Assembly (NCBI GenBank): GCA_008080945.1 | Contig: VMDH01000017.1 | Location: 271-64,270, forward strand | Direction: 5' to 3' | Length of the DNA: 64,000 nt | Source: Gammaproteobacteria bacterium | Lineage (GTDB): Bacteria; Pseudomonadota; Gammaproteobacteria; Magnimaribacterales; D2472 | In this document: one piece after another, positions 20,696 through 30,346 of the stretch | Layout: each line of letters begins with the position of its first letter | Position numbering within the stretch: position 1 is the first letter of the stretch | Notes under the pieces: generated by a model | What the model saw: the letters and a program-made list of their open reading frames with translations, nothing else | The model's database searches: none | What the model was told of the DNA's origin: nothing | Program-made: the position numbers and the translations under genes

Positions 20696-21850
20696 ATGAC
20701 AGAAGCTTATATTATTGAGGCAAAGAGAACTCCAGTTGGAAGAAAGAAAGGCTCATTAGCATCAGTTCATCCGGCTGATCTAGGCGGCCATATTTTAAAG
20801 TCTATTTTTGAGGACATTCAATTTGATCCAGGTTTAATTGATGATGTTATTTTTGGTTGCGTGGATACAGTGGGCCCTCAAGCTGGCGATATTGCCAGAA
20901 CATGCTGGTTAGCTGGTGGTTTGCCTTTGCATGTTCCTGGAACAACTGTGGATAGACAGTGTGGCTCTTCTCAGCAAGCTGTCCACTTTGCTGCCCAGGC
21001 AGTCATGTCTGGAACTTGCGATGCTGTTATCGCTGGGGGAGTTCAGAACATGAATCTAGTTCCGATATCTTATGCAATGATTGCAGGCAAAGAGCTAGGT
21101 TTTGATGATCCATTCAGGGGCTCTAAAGGTTGGATGGAGAGATTTGGAGATATTGAAGTTAGTCAATTTAATTCAGCGAACATGATTGCTCAAAAGTGGG
21201 GAATTACCAGAGAGGAAATGGAGATCTTTGCTCTAAATAGTCATGAAAAAGCTCTGCAAGCAATAGATGCTGGAGTTTTCAAAGATGAAATAGTGCCATT
21301 TGGAGACTTTGATACTGATGAAACTCCAAGAAGAGGAACTTCTCTGGAAAAGATGTCTGAATTAATCCCCCTAATAGAGGGCCACAACATTACTGCAGCA
21401 ATGGCATCACAGAATGCTGATGCTTCTGCAGCATTACTTATAGTTTCTGAAAGAATGCTGAAAGAGCATAACCTCACTCCTCTGGTTAAAATTAAACATA
21501 TCAGCGTATTAGCAGACGACCCAATTTGGATGCTAACGGCACCAATTCCTGCAACTAAAGCAGCATTAATGAAATCAGGCGTTAAGGCATCTGAAATTGG
21601 TGTGGTTGAGATCAATGAAGCTTTTGCTTCAGTAGTGATGGCTTGGAATAAAGAAATAGATATTGATCCTAAGCAAGTCAATATTCATGGGGGAGCTATT
21701 GCATTAGGTCATCCTCTCGGTGCCACAGGTGCTAGACTTATGACCACCCTAGTACATACAATGAAAAGAGACAAATTAAAGTATGGCCTGCAAACTATGT
21801 GTGAGGGGGGTGGTCAAGCTAACGTTACTATCTTAGAAAATTGTGAATAA
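20696..21850 (+). CDS. acetyl-CoA C-acyltransferase (thiolase), FadA6-like
   Basis: VDRQCGSSQQA active-site Cys, NIHGGAIALGHPLGATG and CEGGGQA motifs. Confidence 0.9.
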   Translation: MTEAYIIEAKRTPVGRKKGSLASVHPADLGGHILKSIFEDIQFDPGLIDDVIFGCVDTVGPQAGDIARTCWLAGGLPLHVPGTTVDRQCGSSQQAVHFAAQAVMSGTCDAVIAGGVQNMNLVPISYAMIAGKELGFDDPFRGSKGWMERFGDIEVSQFNSANMIAQKWGITREEMEIFALNSHEKALQAIDAGVFKDEIVPFGDFDTDETPRRGTSLEKMSELIPLIEGHNITAAMASQNADASAALLIVSERMLKEHNLTPLVKIKHISVLADDPIWMLTAPIPATKAALMKSGVKASEIGVVEINEAFASVVMAWNKEIDIDPKQVNIHGGAIALGHPLGATGARLMTTLVHTMKRDKLKYGLQTMCEGGGQANVTILENCE

Positions 21851-22625
21851 ATTAAAAAATCCAACTTATCCATCTGGCACCAATCTCTTCAAAGGAAAAG
21901 GGGTAATTTTAACTGCAGCCGCAGGAGCTGGAATTGGATTTGCTTCTGCAAAACGATTTCTTGAAGAGGGCGCAGATATTGTAATTTCTGACGTACATGA
22001 AACGAGATTAGCGGATGCTACCAAAAATCTTTCAGATCTTGATTTAGGAAAGGTTTCTTCTATTCTTTGTGATGTCACGGATGATAAAGCAATTGATGAT
22101 CTTTTTAGCTTTGCTAAGAGCAAGCTCGATTCAGTGGATGCGGTTATTAATAATGCAGGTCTTGGTGGAGAGTGTGAGCTTATCAATATGACCAATGATG
22201 AATGGAGCAAAGTTATTGATATTACCTTAAATGGTGCAATGAAGATTATGCGAGCAGCTATCCCAGCACTAGAGTCATCTCAAGGCTGTATTGTAAATAA
22301 TGCATCTGTTTTGGGTTGGCGAGCTCAAGCCGGGCAATCTCATTATGCTGCTGCCAAAGCTGGAGTTATGGCTCTTACCAGATGTGTAGCTCTAGAAACT
22401 GTTGAAAAGGGAATCAGGATTAATGCTGTTGCTCCTAGTCTGGCCATTAACCCGCACTTAGCTAAAACAAGTTCTCATGAATTGATTGATCATTTAGCAA
22501 GCCAAGAGGCATATGGTAGAGGTGCCGAACCATGGGAGATAGCTAATGTAATACTCTTTTTGGCCAGCGATCTAGCTAGCTACTTAACAGGAGAAGTTAT
22601 TTCAGTTTCCTCGCAGAGAGCTTAG
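21843..22625 (+). CDS. SDR family oxidoreductase (IpdF / 3-oxoacyl reductase-like)
   Basis: TAAAGAGIG, NNAG, SHYAAAKAG (YxxxK). Confidence 0.8.
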   Translation: MNKLKNPTYPSGTNLFKGKGVILTAAAGAGIGFASAKRFLEEGADIVISDVHETRLADATKNLSDLDLGKVSSILCDVTDDKAIDDLFSFAKSKLDSVDAVINNAGLGGECELINMTNDEWSKVIDITLNGAMKIMRAAIPALESSQGCIVNNASVLGWRAQAGQSHYAAAKAGVMALTRCVALETVEKGIRINAVAPSLAINPHLAKTSSHELIDHLASQEAYGRGAEPWEIANVILFLASDLASYLTGEVISVSSQRA

Positions 22626-23314
22626 TGCAAAAATTTATTTTTGTTCTATTCCAAAAGTCTCGTCTAGAAAATCTATACCCTTTTTCAACAAATACCCTCT
22701 CAATTGCCAAAGATCTTATTTCAGATTTGAAGGTTGGTAGATTTCAAATAAATGATATTTCTGGAGCAATTGAAAAAGGTAGCCATCATCGACAAGTCAA
22801 TCATTCCTTCCAACCAATTGGAGTTCTGACATTGTGGTTTGAGTCATTCAATAACATTGAACTAAAGAATTTGATTACTAACTTGCAAAAAGTTTTTGAC
22901 GATGTCTGGTATTTTGCAGTGGATGAAAAGGTAGTATTGAATAATAAAGCAATAGATGGTGAGAATTCATTCACTCAATATGCTCTTATATCCAAGCATG
23001 CAAACATATCTAAGACAACATTCTTTGATCACTGGCAAGATATTCACACTGAAATTGCAATTAATACTCAATCAACATTTTCATACATTCAGAACACTAT
23101 TACTCAAGATTTCTCTCAAAACCATGCTCCTTTTCTGGCAATTGTTGAGGAAAGTTTCCCAATAGCTGCATTAGAGGATCCAGCAATATTTTATAACGCT
23201 GATTCTCAAGAAGTTTTAGAAAAAAACATTGCAAGAATGATGGAATCCTGTCAAAAATTTTTAAACTTTGAAGAAATTATTGTATTTCCCACTAAGCAAT
23301 TGAATTTGCTGTAA
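22625..23314 (+). CDS. hypothetical protein; C-terminal half EthD-like (dimeric alpha/beta-barrel), N-terminal half possibly a degenerate copy
   Basis: The ..ISKHANISKTTFFDHWQDIHTEIA.. pattern resembles the EthD signature (F..HW...H). Weak, by eye only. Confidence 0.35.
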   Translation: MQKFIFVLFQKSRLENLYPFSTNTLSIAKDLISDLKVGRFQINDISGAIEKGSHHRQVNHSFQPIGVLTLWFESFNNIELKNLITNLQKVFDDVWYFAVDEKVVLNNKAIDGENSFTQYALISKHANISKTTFFDHWQDIHTEIAINTQSTFSYIQNTITQDFSQNHAPFLAIVEESFPIAALEDPAIFYNADSQEVLEKNIARMMESCQKFLNFEEIIVFPTKQLNLL

Positions 23315-23337
23315 TATTATTTAACTAGAGGTGGTAT

Positions 23338-24111
23338 ATGGAAGGTATAAAAGTTGCTTTGGTAACAGGGGCTGCTAGTGGAATGGGAAGAATTTCTGTT
23401 CGAAGATTGACTGATGCAGGCATTCAGGTTGCAGCACTCGATGTCAATGAAGATGGGCTTGAAGAGGTAAGACAGTCCTCCAATTTAGTTCAAACATTTG
23501 CTTGTAATATCGCTTCTAACAGTGAGGTGGTCAACACGGTGAAAGAGGTGCAATCACAGTTGGGACCTATTGATAGATTAACTCATGCTGGTGCAATCAT
23601 GCCACTTAATCCTGTTTCAAAAATGAGCGCAGAAGATATTAACAACATGATGCGCATCAATTATGAGGGCACTGTTAACATGGTAAAAGCAGTTTTACCT
23701 GAAATGGAAGCACGCAATAGCGGACAAATTATTCTTTTTGGCTCCATTGCTGGTACATGCCCTGAGAGAAATATGTCTGCATATTGTGCCAGCAAAGCAG
23801 CAGTCAACATGTTTGCAGAAATACTTTGGAAAGAATTAGAGAACACGGATATAAAGGTCCTTTTAGTCTGTCCTGCCATTACCAATACCCCACTAATGAG
23901 ATTTGTTACTGATGAAAATGCCCCAAATACTCTAAAAAATAGTCTTGCTCAAGGGAAGCTTAATGATCCTGAAAAAGTTGTTGATGCTATTGAAAAAGCT
24001 CTCACAAAAGAAGAACTTATTTGCTATCCAACACCCGATGCAGTTTACGCAACAAGAATAAGAAGATTTTTCCCAAATTACTGGTGGAAATTAATTTCAA
24101 AGAATTCTTAA
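23338..24111 (+). CDS. SDR family oxidoreductase
   Basis: VTGAASGMG, SAYCASKAA (YxxxK). Confidence 0.8.
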   Translation: MEGIKVALVTGAASGMGRISVRRLTDAGIQVAALDVNEDGLEEVRQSSNLVQTFACNIASNSEVVNTVKEVQSQLGPIDRLTHAGAIMPLNPVSKMSAEDINNMMRINYEGTVNMVKAVLPEMEARNSGQIILFGSIAGTCPERNMSAYCASKAAVNMFAEILWKELENTDIKVLLVCPAITNTPLMRFVTDENAPNTLKNSLAQGKLNDPEKVVDAIEKALTKEELICYPTPDAVYATRIRRFFPNYWWKLISKNS

Positions 24112-24112
24112 G

Positions 24113-25465
24113 ATGGCATTAACAAAAGCAATTTTAGAACCTGATAACTCTAATCTAGACCATTTTCCTGGAGAGTATGGAATACCTTTTTTTGGAAAAA
24201 TGCTCCAAGTCGTTGATGATTCTGTCAAGTTATGCGATGACCATTTCAAGAAATTTGGACCTGTTTCAAAGATTGATCTAGTAAAAAATCAGAAAGTCTT
24301 ACTGTGCTTAGGACCTGAATTTAATGAAGCCACTTTATTTGATAAAGACGATAGTTTTAGCTCAGCAGCTGGTTATCACAACTCATTAGGAACACTCTAT
24401 CCAGAAGGGATGCTTTTAAGGGATGGGGGAATGCATAAAAAAACTAGAAGAGCCTCTCAACCATCATTTAAGACCGATGCACTTAAATCTTATGTAGAAC
24501 TATTACTTCCCATTCAAGAAAAGCGTATTGCAGAACTTCCTGTGAATAAAGAGTTTTTATTTTATGACGCTATTCAACAAACGCTTATGGATGTGGCTGC
24601 ACGAGTCTTTTTGGGCTTAGATGAGACCAGCAGAATGGCAAAGAAACTGAATAATATTTTTACGACCATTAACAAGGGGCTAATTACCCCATTGCCATAC
24701 AATATTCCATTTTCAACGTTTAGTAGGGCTTTGAAAGCCAGAGAAAGACTACGAGCATATATTCACAGCAATATTCCCAAGAGGAGAGGAAGTGATGGGG
24801 TTGATATGTTCACTCGATACTGCAACGCGCAGGACGAAGAAGGGGCATTTCTAGATGATATAGATATTGATGGCCATATAGCCTTTTTAATGTTCGCTGC
24901 TTTTGATACAACTACCAGTGCTCTTACTAACATCCTTTATTACTTGGGAACCCATCCTGAATGGCAGGATAAGGTTCGCGCTGAAATCACTCAAATTGGA
25001 AACAAAGATTTAACCTATGAAGATGCCTCTTCTATGGTGCTTACAGAATATGTCTTTAATGAAACGCTTCGTTTTTATCCTTCGGTAATGATTTTAAATA
25101 GAAGGGCAACTAAAGATGTTGAGATAGCAGGCTACCACATTCCAAAAAATACCGTCTTAATGTTAAGCCCAGCCTATACCCATAGAATGCCTGAATGGTG
25201 GTCAAATCCAGAGACTTTTGACCCTATGAGATTTTCTCCTGAAAGAGCAGAGCATAAAAGACATGGTTTTAGTTATATTCCTTTTGGTGGAGGAGCGCAT
25301 AAATGCATAGGAATGCATTTTGCGCAGTTAAATGCCAAGCTTTACCTGTTTAGATTATTAAGAAAATATCGTGTTAAATTGAGAGAAAACTATAATCCAA
25401 AGTTTATGCATGTTCATCTCCCAAGACCAAAAGATAAGTTACCCATTACCTTGGAGCCTATTTAA
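24113..25465 (+). CDS. cytochrome P450
   Basis: Heme-thiolate loop FGGGAHKCIGMHFA, ExxR (ETLRF), I-helix AAFDTTTS. Confidence 0.9.
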   Translation: MALTKAILEPDNSNLDHFPGEYGIPFFGKMLQVVDDSVKLCDDHFKKFGPVSKIDLVKNQKVLLCLGPEFNEATLFDKDDSFSSAAGYHNSLGTLYPEGMLLRDGGMHKKTRRASQPSFKTDALKSYVELLLPIQEKRIAELPVNKEFLFYDAIQQTLMDVAARVFLGLDETSRMAKKLNNIFTTINKGLITPLPYNIPFSTFSRALKARERLRAYIHSNIPKRRGSDGVDMFTRYCNAQDEEGAFLDDIDIDGHIAFLMFAAFDTTTSALTNILYYLGTHPEWQDKVRAEITQIGNKDLTYEDASSMVLTEYVFNETLRFYPSVMILNRRATKDVEIAGYHIPKNTVLMLSPAYTHRMPEWWSNPETFDPMRFSPERAEHKRHGFSYIPFGGGAHKCIGMHFAQLNAKLYLFRLLRKYRVKLRENYNPKFMHVHLPRPKDKLPITLEPI

Positions 25466-26277
25466 TGCTTGAAAAAGGAAATTTTTTAACTCTTGGTTGT
25501 GGTTTTGAATTTCACTACCATCTTATTGGCAATGGTCCTTGTGTTTTATTTCTCCATGGAAGTGGAACAGGTGCGTCAGGAATGACAAATTTTAGAGGTA
25601 ATTTTCAAGCCTTTGTAGATAATGGTTTTTCTGTTTTAATCCCTGATTTACCTGGCTATGGTTTTAGCTCAAAACCTGAGGATGAAATTTATTCTTTGGA
25701 TTATTTTAATTCAAAGCTATCAAGTCTTCTTGAGGCTCTGAATATCCAAAAAGTTTCCATTGTAGGTAATAGTTTAGGAGGAGCATTGGCATTAGGGATG
25801 GCCATCAATACTCCTGAGTTAGTCGAAAAGCTTATCCTAATGGCTCCCGGCGGGCTTGAAGATCAAGAAGAATATAGTAAGATGCCAGGCATTGAAAAAT
25901 TGCTTGGAGATTTTTTAGGAGGTCCTATGACCCCTGAGAAAGTTGAAGGCCTGTTAAAGCTATTTCCCTATAATTCAGAAATTGTAACTCAGCAAATGAT
26001 TGATGACAGATTGGAAGTTTTACCCTTAATGAATCAACAAGTACTTGCAAGTATGCAAATCCCAAATCTTACTAAGCACCTGCAAGAAGTTAGAGTTCCT
26101 ATTTTAAGTATTTGGGGATTGAGCGATCAATTCATTCCCATAAGGGGTTCTGAAACATTAGAAAAATGTTGCAGTGATGTGAGAACAATTTCATTCAAGG
26201 AGTGCGGTCATTGGGTCATGATTGAGAAAGCTGAAGAATTTAATAATTATTGTATTAGTTTTTTAAAGAATTCATGA
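25465..26277 (+). CDS. meta-cleavage product (C-C bond) hydrolase, alpha/beta fold; HsaD/TesD/BphD-like
   Basis: LFLHGSGTGASG..NF, DLPGYGFS, nucleophile elbow GNSLGG, C-terminal CGHW. Confidence 0.8.
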   Translation: MLEKGNFLTLGCGFEFHYHLIGNGPCVLFLHGSGTGASGMTNFRGNFQAFVDNGFSVLIPDLPGYGFSSKPEDEIYSLDYFNSKLSSLLEALNIQKVSIVGNSLGGALALGMAINTPELVEKLILMAPGGLEDQEEYSKMPGIEKLLGDFLGGPMTPEKVEGLLKLFPYNSEIVTQQMIDDRLEVLPLMNQQVLASMQIPNLTKHLQEVRVPILSIWGLSDQFIPIRGSETLEKCCSDVRTISFKECGHWVMIEKAEEFNNYCISFLKNS

Positions 26278-27053
26278 CAGCCTCTATTTCAGACATAAGT
26301 CAGGAGCTTTATACAGCTCTTGTGGACAAAAAAACTTTAACCCCCATAACCACCGAGTTTCCAAATTTTTCTATAGATGATGCTTATGAAGTTTCTAAGC
26401 AGTTTCTTACCAAAAGAATAAATAATGGAGAGCAAGTGATCGGTAAGAAAATTGGGGTAACTTCAAAGGTAGTTCAAGAAATGTTAGGAGTCCATCAACC
26501 AGATTTTGGTTTCCTTACCGATGCAATGCAGGTAAAAAATGGTTCCCAGGTAGATCTTGCTTCTTTAATTCAACCTCGCGCTGAAGCAGAGATAGCTTTT
26601 ATTTTAAGTGAAAGTTTGAACGGTCCCGGAATTACAAGAGATGATGTAATTTCAGCAACTTCAGCAATTGTTCCATGTTTTGAGATTGTAGATTCAAGGA
26701 TAAATAACTGGGAAATCAAAATTCAAGACACTATAGCGGATAATGCATCTTGTGGAATTTTTTGCTTGAGTGAGGCATACGTTGATCCAAAAAAATTTGA
26801 TTTAGCGCTATTGGAAGCAACCGTATTTAAAAATGGTAATCAAATTTCCTCTGGTTTAGGCTCTGCAGTCCAAGGACACCCAGCAGAGGCAGTCGCTTGG
26901 CTTGCCAATACACTTGGAAATTATGGTATCTCATTGGATGAGGGAGATATTATTCTTTCAGGGTCCTTGGTCCCTCTTGAACCGATAATTTCCGGAGATC
27001 AATTTTCTATGGAAATTGCAGGTATAGGTAGATGCGATTTAAACTTTGTTTAA
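26274..27053 (+). CDS. 2-oxopent-4-enoate (2-hydroxypentadienoate) hydratase; HsaE/TesE/MhpD-like
   Basis: About 260 aa with G.KIG.TS..VQ, EAEIAF and ADNAS motifs of the FAH-fold hydratase family. Sits directly upstream of the ALDH-aldolase pair. Confidence 0.8.
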   Translation: MTASISDISQELYTALVDKKTLTPITTEFPNFSIDDAYEVSKQFLTKRINNGEQVIGKKIGVTSKVVQEMLGVHQPDFGFLTDAMQVKNGSQVDLASLIQPRAEAEIAFILSESLNGPGITRDDVISATSAIVPCFEIVDSRINNWEIKIQDTIADNASCGIFCLSEAYVDPKKFDLALLEATVFKNGNQISSGLGSAVQGHPAEAVAWLANTLGNYGISLDEGDIILSGSLVPLEPIISGDQFSMEIAGIGRCDLNFV

Positions 27054-27054
27054 T

Positions 27055-27978
27055 ATGAAAAATATTAAATGTGCAATTATTGGATCTGGCAACATAGGTA
27101 CAGATCTTATGTACAAGATACTAAGAAATTCTAATTTACTCGACTGCCAAGCAGTGATCGGCATCGATCCAGAATCGGAAGGACTTGCCCTAGCCAAAGA
27201 CGAGGGTGTGTACATTGCTTCTCAAGGTCTGGCAGCATTTGCTGAAACAGATACATTTAAAGAAATAGAGATTTTTTTTGATGCAACTTCTGCTTATGCT
27301 CATGCAGAGCACCACAGCATTGTTTCAGAAGCAGGCAAACAACTCATTGATCTAACGCCTGCTGCAATTGGTCCTTATTGCATCCCAGTAGTTAATCTTG
27401 ATGAGCACCTCCAAGAAAACAATGTCAACTTAGTAACCTGTGGAGGCCAGGCAACCATTCCAATGGTTGCAGCAGTCAATCAAGTTTCTAAAGTTAATTA
27501 TGCTGAAATAGTTGCCTCTGTTTCTTCTAAGTCAGCCGGTCCTGGTACGCGAGCAAACATAGATGAATTTACCAAAACTACTGCGCTGGGTTTGGAAAAG
27601 GTTGGAGGAGCTACTAAGGCCAAGGCCATAATAGTATTGAATCCAGCAGAGCCTCCTTTATTAATGAGAAACACAGTTTTTACTTTATCTGAAGATACTG
27701 ATACCAAAATTATTGAAAAGAGTATTGAAGAGATGGTGCAAAGAGTGCAGGCCTATGTACCTGGTTACAGGCTCAAGCAAAAGGTGCAATTTGAAAGGTT
27801 TGGTTCAAATAATCCTGTAAGAATACCAGGCTACGGTGAATTTGAAGGAGTTAAATCTTCTATCTTTCTTGAGGTAGAAGGAGAGGGACACTATTTACCT
27901 AAGTACGCTGGCAACCTAGATATCATGACATCGGCAGCTCTTGGAACAGCCGAGGCGTTGGCAAGGAAAAGACTTTGA
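27055..27978 (+). CDS. acetaldehyde dehydrogenase (acetylating); HsaG/TesF/DmpF-like
   Basis: [23 protein letters not shown] active-site Cys, GNLDIMT. Confidence 0.9.
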   Translation: MKNIKCAIIGSGNIGTDLMYKILRNSNLLDCQAVIGIDPESEGLALAKDEGVYIASQGLAAFAETDTFKEIEIFFDATSAYAHAEHHSIVSEAGKQLIDLTPAAIGPYCIPVVNLDEHLQENNVNLVTCGGQATIPMVAAVNQVSKVNYAEIVASVSSKSAGPGTRANIDEFTKTTALGLEKVGGATKAKAIIVLNPAEPPLLMRNTVFTLSEDTDTKIIEKSIEEMVQRVQAYVPGYRLKQKVQFERFGSNNPVRIPGYGEFEGVKSSIFLEVEGEGHYLPKYAGNLDIMTSAALGTAEALARKRL

Positions 27979-27980
27979 AT

Positions 27981-28991
27981 ATGAAGAAAATCTATATTCA
28001 AGATGTAACCTTGCGAGATGGTATGCATGCCATTCGTCATCAATATGGAATTGAACATGTTAAATCCATTGCTAAAGCATTGGATGTTGCTGGTGTTGAT
28101 GCTTTGGAAGTAGCTCATGGTGACGGCTTATCGGGATCGTCATTTAACTATGGTTTTGGTGCTCATACAGATAAAGAATGGATTGCAGCAGTAGCGGAAG
28201 TTATTGAAAACATAGTATTAACAACTTTAATTTTGCCGGGTATTGCTGTTAAAGAAGATTTAGATTGGGCTTACAGCATGGGAGTTAGATCAGTGAGAGT
28301 TGCAACACATTGCACCGAAGCTGATGTATCCAAGCAGCATATTGAGTATGCAAGAAATTTAGGTATGGATACCATTGGATTTTTAATGATGTCTCATATG
28401 AACAGTCCAAAAAATTTAGCTCATCAAGCTAAACTGATGGAAGATTATGGTGCAAATTGTGTGTATGTAGTCGATTCTGGAGGGGCCTTAAATATGTCTG
28501 ATGTTGCAGATCGATTCAAGGCATTCAAAGATATTTTAGACTCTAAGACCCAAACAGGAATTCATGCACATCACAATTTATCATTTGGCGTTGCAAACTC
28601 TATTGTGGCTGTTGAAAATGGAGCGGATAGAGTAGATGCCAGTTTAGCAGGCATGGGTGCAGGAGCGGGCAATGCTCCTCTAGAAGTATTTGTTGCTGCC
28701 GCTGATCGAATGGGGTGGAATCATGGCACAGATCTATTTACGCTTATGGATGCAGCAGAAGACCTAGTCAGACCTCTTCAAGATCGACCAGTAAGAGTAG
28801 ATAAAGAAACACTAACTTTAGGATATGCCGGAGTATATTCTTCCTTCTTGCGGCATGCTGAAGCAGCAGCAGAAACATATGGGCTGGATACCAGAGAAAT
28901 ATTGGTTGAACTTGGAGAGCGTAAGATGGTTGGTGGCCAGGAAGACATGATCGTTGATGTGGCTCTAGACTTATTAAAAAAGAAATCCTAA
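27981..28991 (+). CDS. dmpG: 4-hydroxy-2-oxovalerate aldolase; HsaF/TesG/DmpG-like
   Basis: [25 protein letters not shown] and [11 protein letters not shown] motifs. Confidence 0.9.
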   Translation: MKKIYIQDVTLRDGMHAIRHQYGIEHVKSIAKALDVAGVDALEVAHGDGLSGSSFNYGFGAHTDKEWIAAVAEVIENIVLTTLILPGIAVKEDLDWAYSMGVRSVRVATHCTEADVSKQHIEYARNLGMDTIGFLMMSHMNSPKNLAHQAKLMEDYGANCVYVVDSGGALNMSDVADRFKAFKDILDSKTQTGIHAHHNLSFGVANSIVAVENGADRVDASLAGMGAGAGNAPLEVFVAAADRMGWNHGTDLFTLMDAAEDLVRPLQDRPVRVDKETLTLGYAGVYSSFLRHAEAAAETYGLDTREILVELGERKMVGGQEDMIVDVALDLLKKKS

Positions 28992-28994
28992 ATC

Positions 28995-29849
28995 ATGAAA
29001 ATTGGAATGACCTTGCCAGTTATGGAGAGAGATCTTTCTAGAAATATATTACTTGATTGGATGCAAAAAATTGATCATGGACCATGGTCAAGCATAGCTT
29101 TGGGGGAGAGAATTGTTTTTCACAACCCAGAATTTATAACTTTACTTGGAGGGGTTGCAGCAGCAACAAATAAAACTGAGATCATTGCAACTATTTCTGT
29201 CGCAACGATGCACAACCCAGTTTTACTGGCTAAACAAATAGCCACGCTAGATATGTTATCGGAAGGTCGATTTACTCTTGGCGTGGGAGTTGGGGGGAGA
29301 GAGGAAGACTATCTAGCAATAGGAGCTGATTACTCCAAAAGGCGCTGGGCAAATGTTGGAGAAAATATTAATACTATGAAATCTATTTGGGCTGGCGAGC
29401 ATAATCTTCACATAGGACCCAAGCCCTATACTTCTGGAGGGCCTCAGATTCTTGCAGGAGCTCTAGGTCCCAAAGCATTGGAGATTAGTTCAACCTTTGC
29501 AGATGGTATCGCCGGTTTTTCTTTTAATGCAGATATCAATGAAATTAAAGAATCTTTTGATTTAACCAAGAAATTTTTTAAACCTAATCCACGGTTAATA
29601 ACAAGCTTTTGGTTTGCTATTGAGCCCAATGGTAGGGTTCAACTTAAATCTCATTTGCAAACCTATTTAGCTTGGATGGGTGAAGAAATAGCTGAAATGT
29701 TATCTGATTCTGCTGGCTTTTGTGGCTCGGTTTCTGAATTGAAAGATTTTCTTGAGCAAATTTCAAATATTGGCGCATCCGATGTTTTACTTGTTCCAAC
29801 TAGCAAAGATGTTAAACAGCTTAAAATGCTTGAAGAGATAATTTTTTAA
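28995..29849 (+). CDS. LLM-class (luciferase-like) flavin-dependent oxidoreductase
   Basis: LDMLSEGRFTLGVGVGG..EDY pattern and about 285 aa TIM-barrel length. Confidence 0.65.
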   Translation: MKIGMTLPVMERDLSRNILLDWMQKIDHGPWSSIALGERIVFHNPEFITLLGGVAAATNKTEIIATISVATMHNPVLLAKQIATLDMLSEGRFTLGVGVGGREEDYLAIGADYSKRRWANVGENINTMKSIWAGEHNLHIGPKPYTSGGPQILAGALGPKALEISSTFADGIAGFSFNADINEIKESFDLTKKFFKPNPRLITSFWFAIEPNGRVQLKSHLQTYLAWMGEEIAEMLSDSAGFCGSVSELKDFLEQISNIGASDVLLVPTSKDVKQLKMLEEIIF

Positions 29850-29901
29850 TAAGATTTAACACTAATTAATATCTTGTTAGAATCTCTTAGGGAGATAATT
29901 C

Positions 29902-30333
29902 ATGACTGATAATTCAATCTTAGAAGCACCGGAGCTACCAGAGCAAAAAGACCCTAGTTCTAGTGATTTTCCAGATGGGTGGCATTATGTCGCAAATTCC
30001 AAAGACTTAGAGAAATCTAAGGCAATAGAGGTTATTAATTTTGCAACCCAAATAGTAGTTTGGAGAGGTTCTGATGAAAAGCTCTATGCTTTGGATATGT
30101 ATTGTAAGCACATGGGCGCATCCCTAGGTTGTGGAGAAGTTGATCAGAATGGTATTCGTTGTCCATTTCATGCTTGGAGATGGAATGGCTCCGGCGATTG
30201 CGATGACATTCCTTATGCAAAAAGAGTACCAGACAAAGCAAAAACAAGAAGCTGGACTCCATATGAGAAAGATGGAAAGATTTATGTTTGGTTTGATAGA
30301 AATGGCAACGAACCAGACTTTGATAGTATTTAA
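29902..30333 (+). CDS. stand-alone Rieske [2Fe-2S] domain protein, KshA N-terminal-domain-like
   Basis: CKHMG ... CPFHAWRW (CxH..CxxH) ligands. FPDGWHYV start and IYVWFD..NEPDF end match the full Rieske domain of KshA-type oxygenases. SD GGGAGA. Confidence 0.85.
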   Translation: MTDNSILEAPELPEQKDPSSSDFPDGWHYVANSKDLEKSKAIEVINFATQIVVWRGSDEKLYALDMYCKHMGASLGCGEVDQNGIRCPFHAWRWNGSGDCDDIPYAKRVPDKAKTRSWTPYEKDGKIYVWFDRNGNEPDFDSI

Positions 30334-30346
30334 TTGAGGAGAAACT

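Noticed and set aside
21241-21681. Long antisense ORFs nested inside strongly conserved genes. They are 21241-21681 in the thiolase, 21866-22210 in the SDR, 48214-48597 and 49735-50199 in smc, 60936-61406 in the ACAD, and 30035-30355 and 30933-31268 in the oxygenase genes.
   Set aside because: They lie entirely within, and opposite to, genes with clear family motifs. Their translations are low-complexity (Ser/Ala/Ile-rich) with no recognisable motifs and no SD. They look like typical shadow ORFs.
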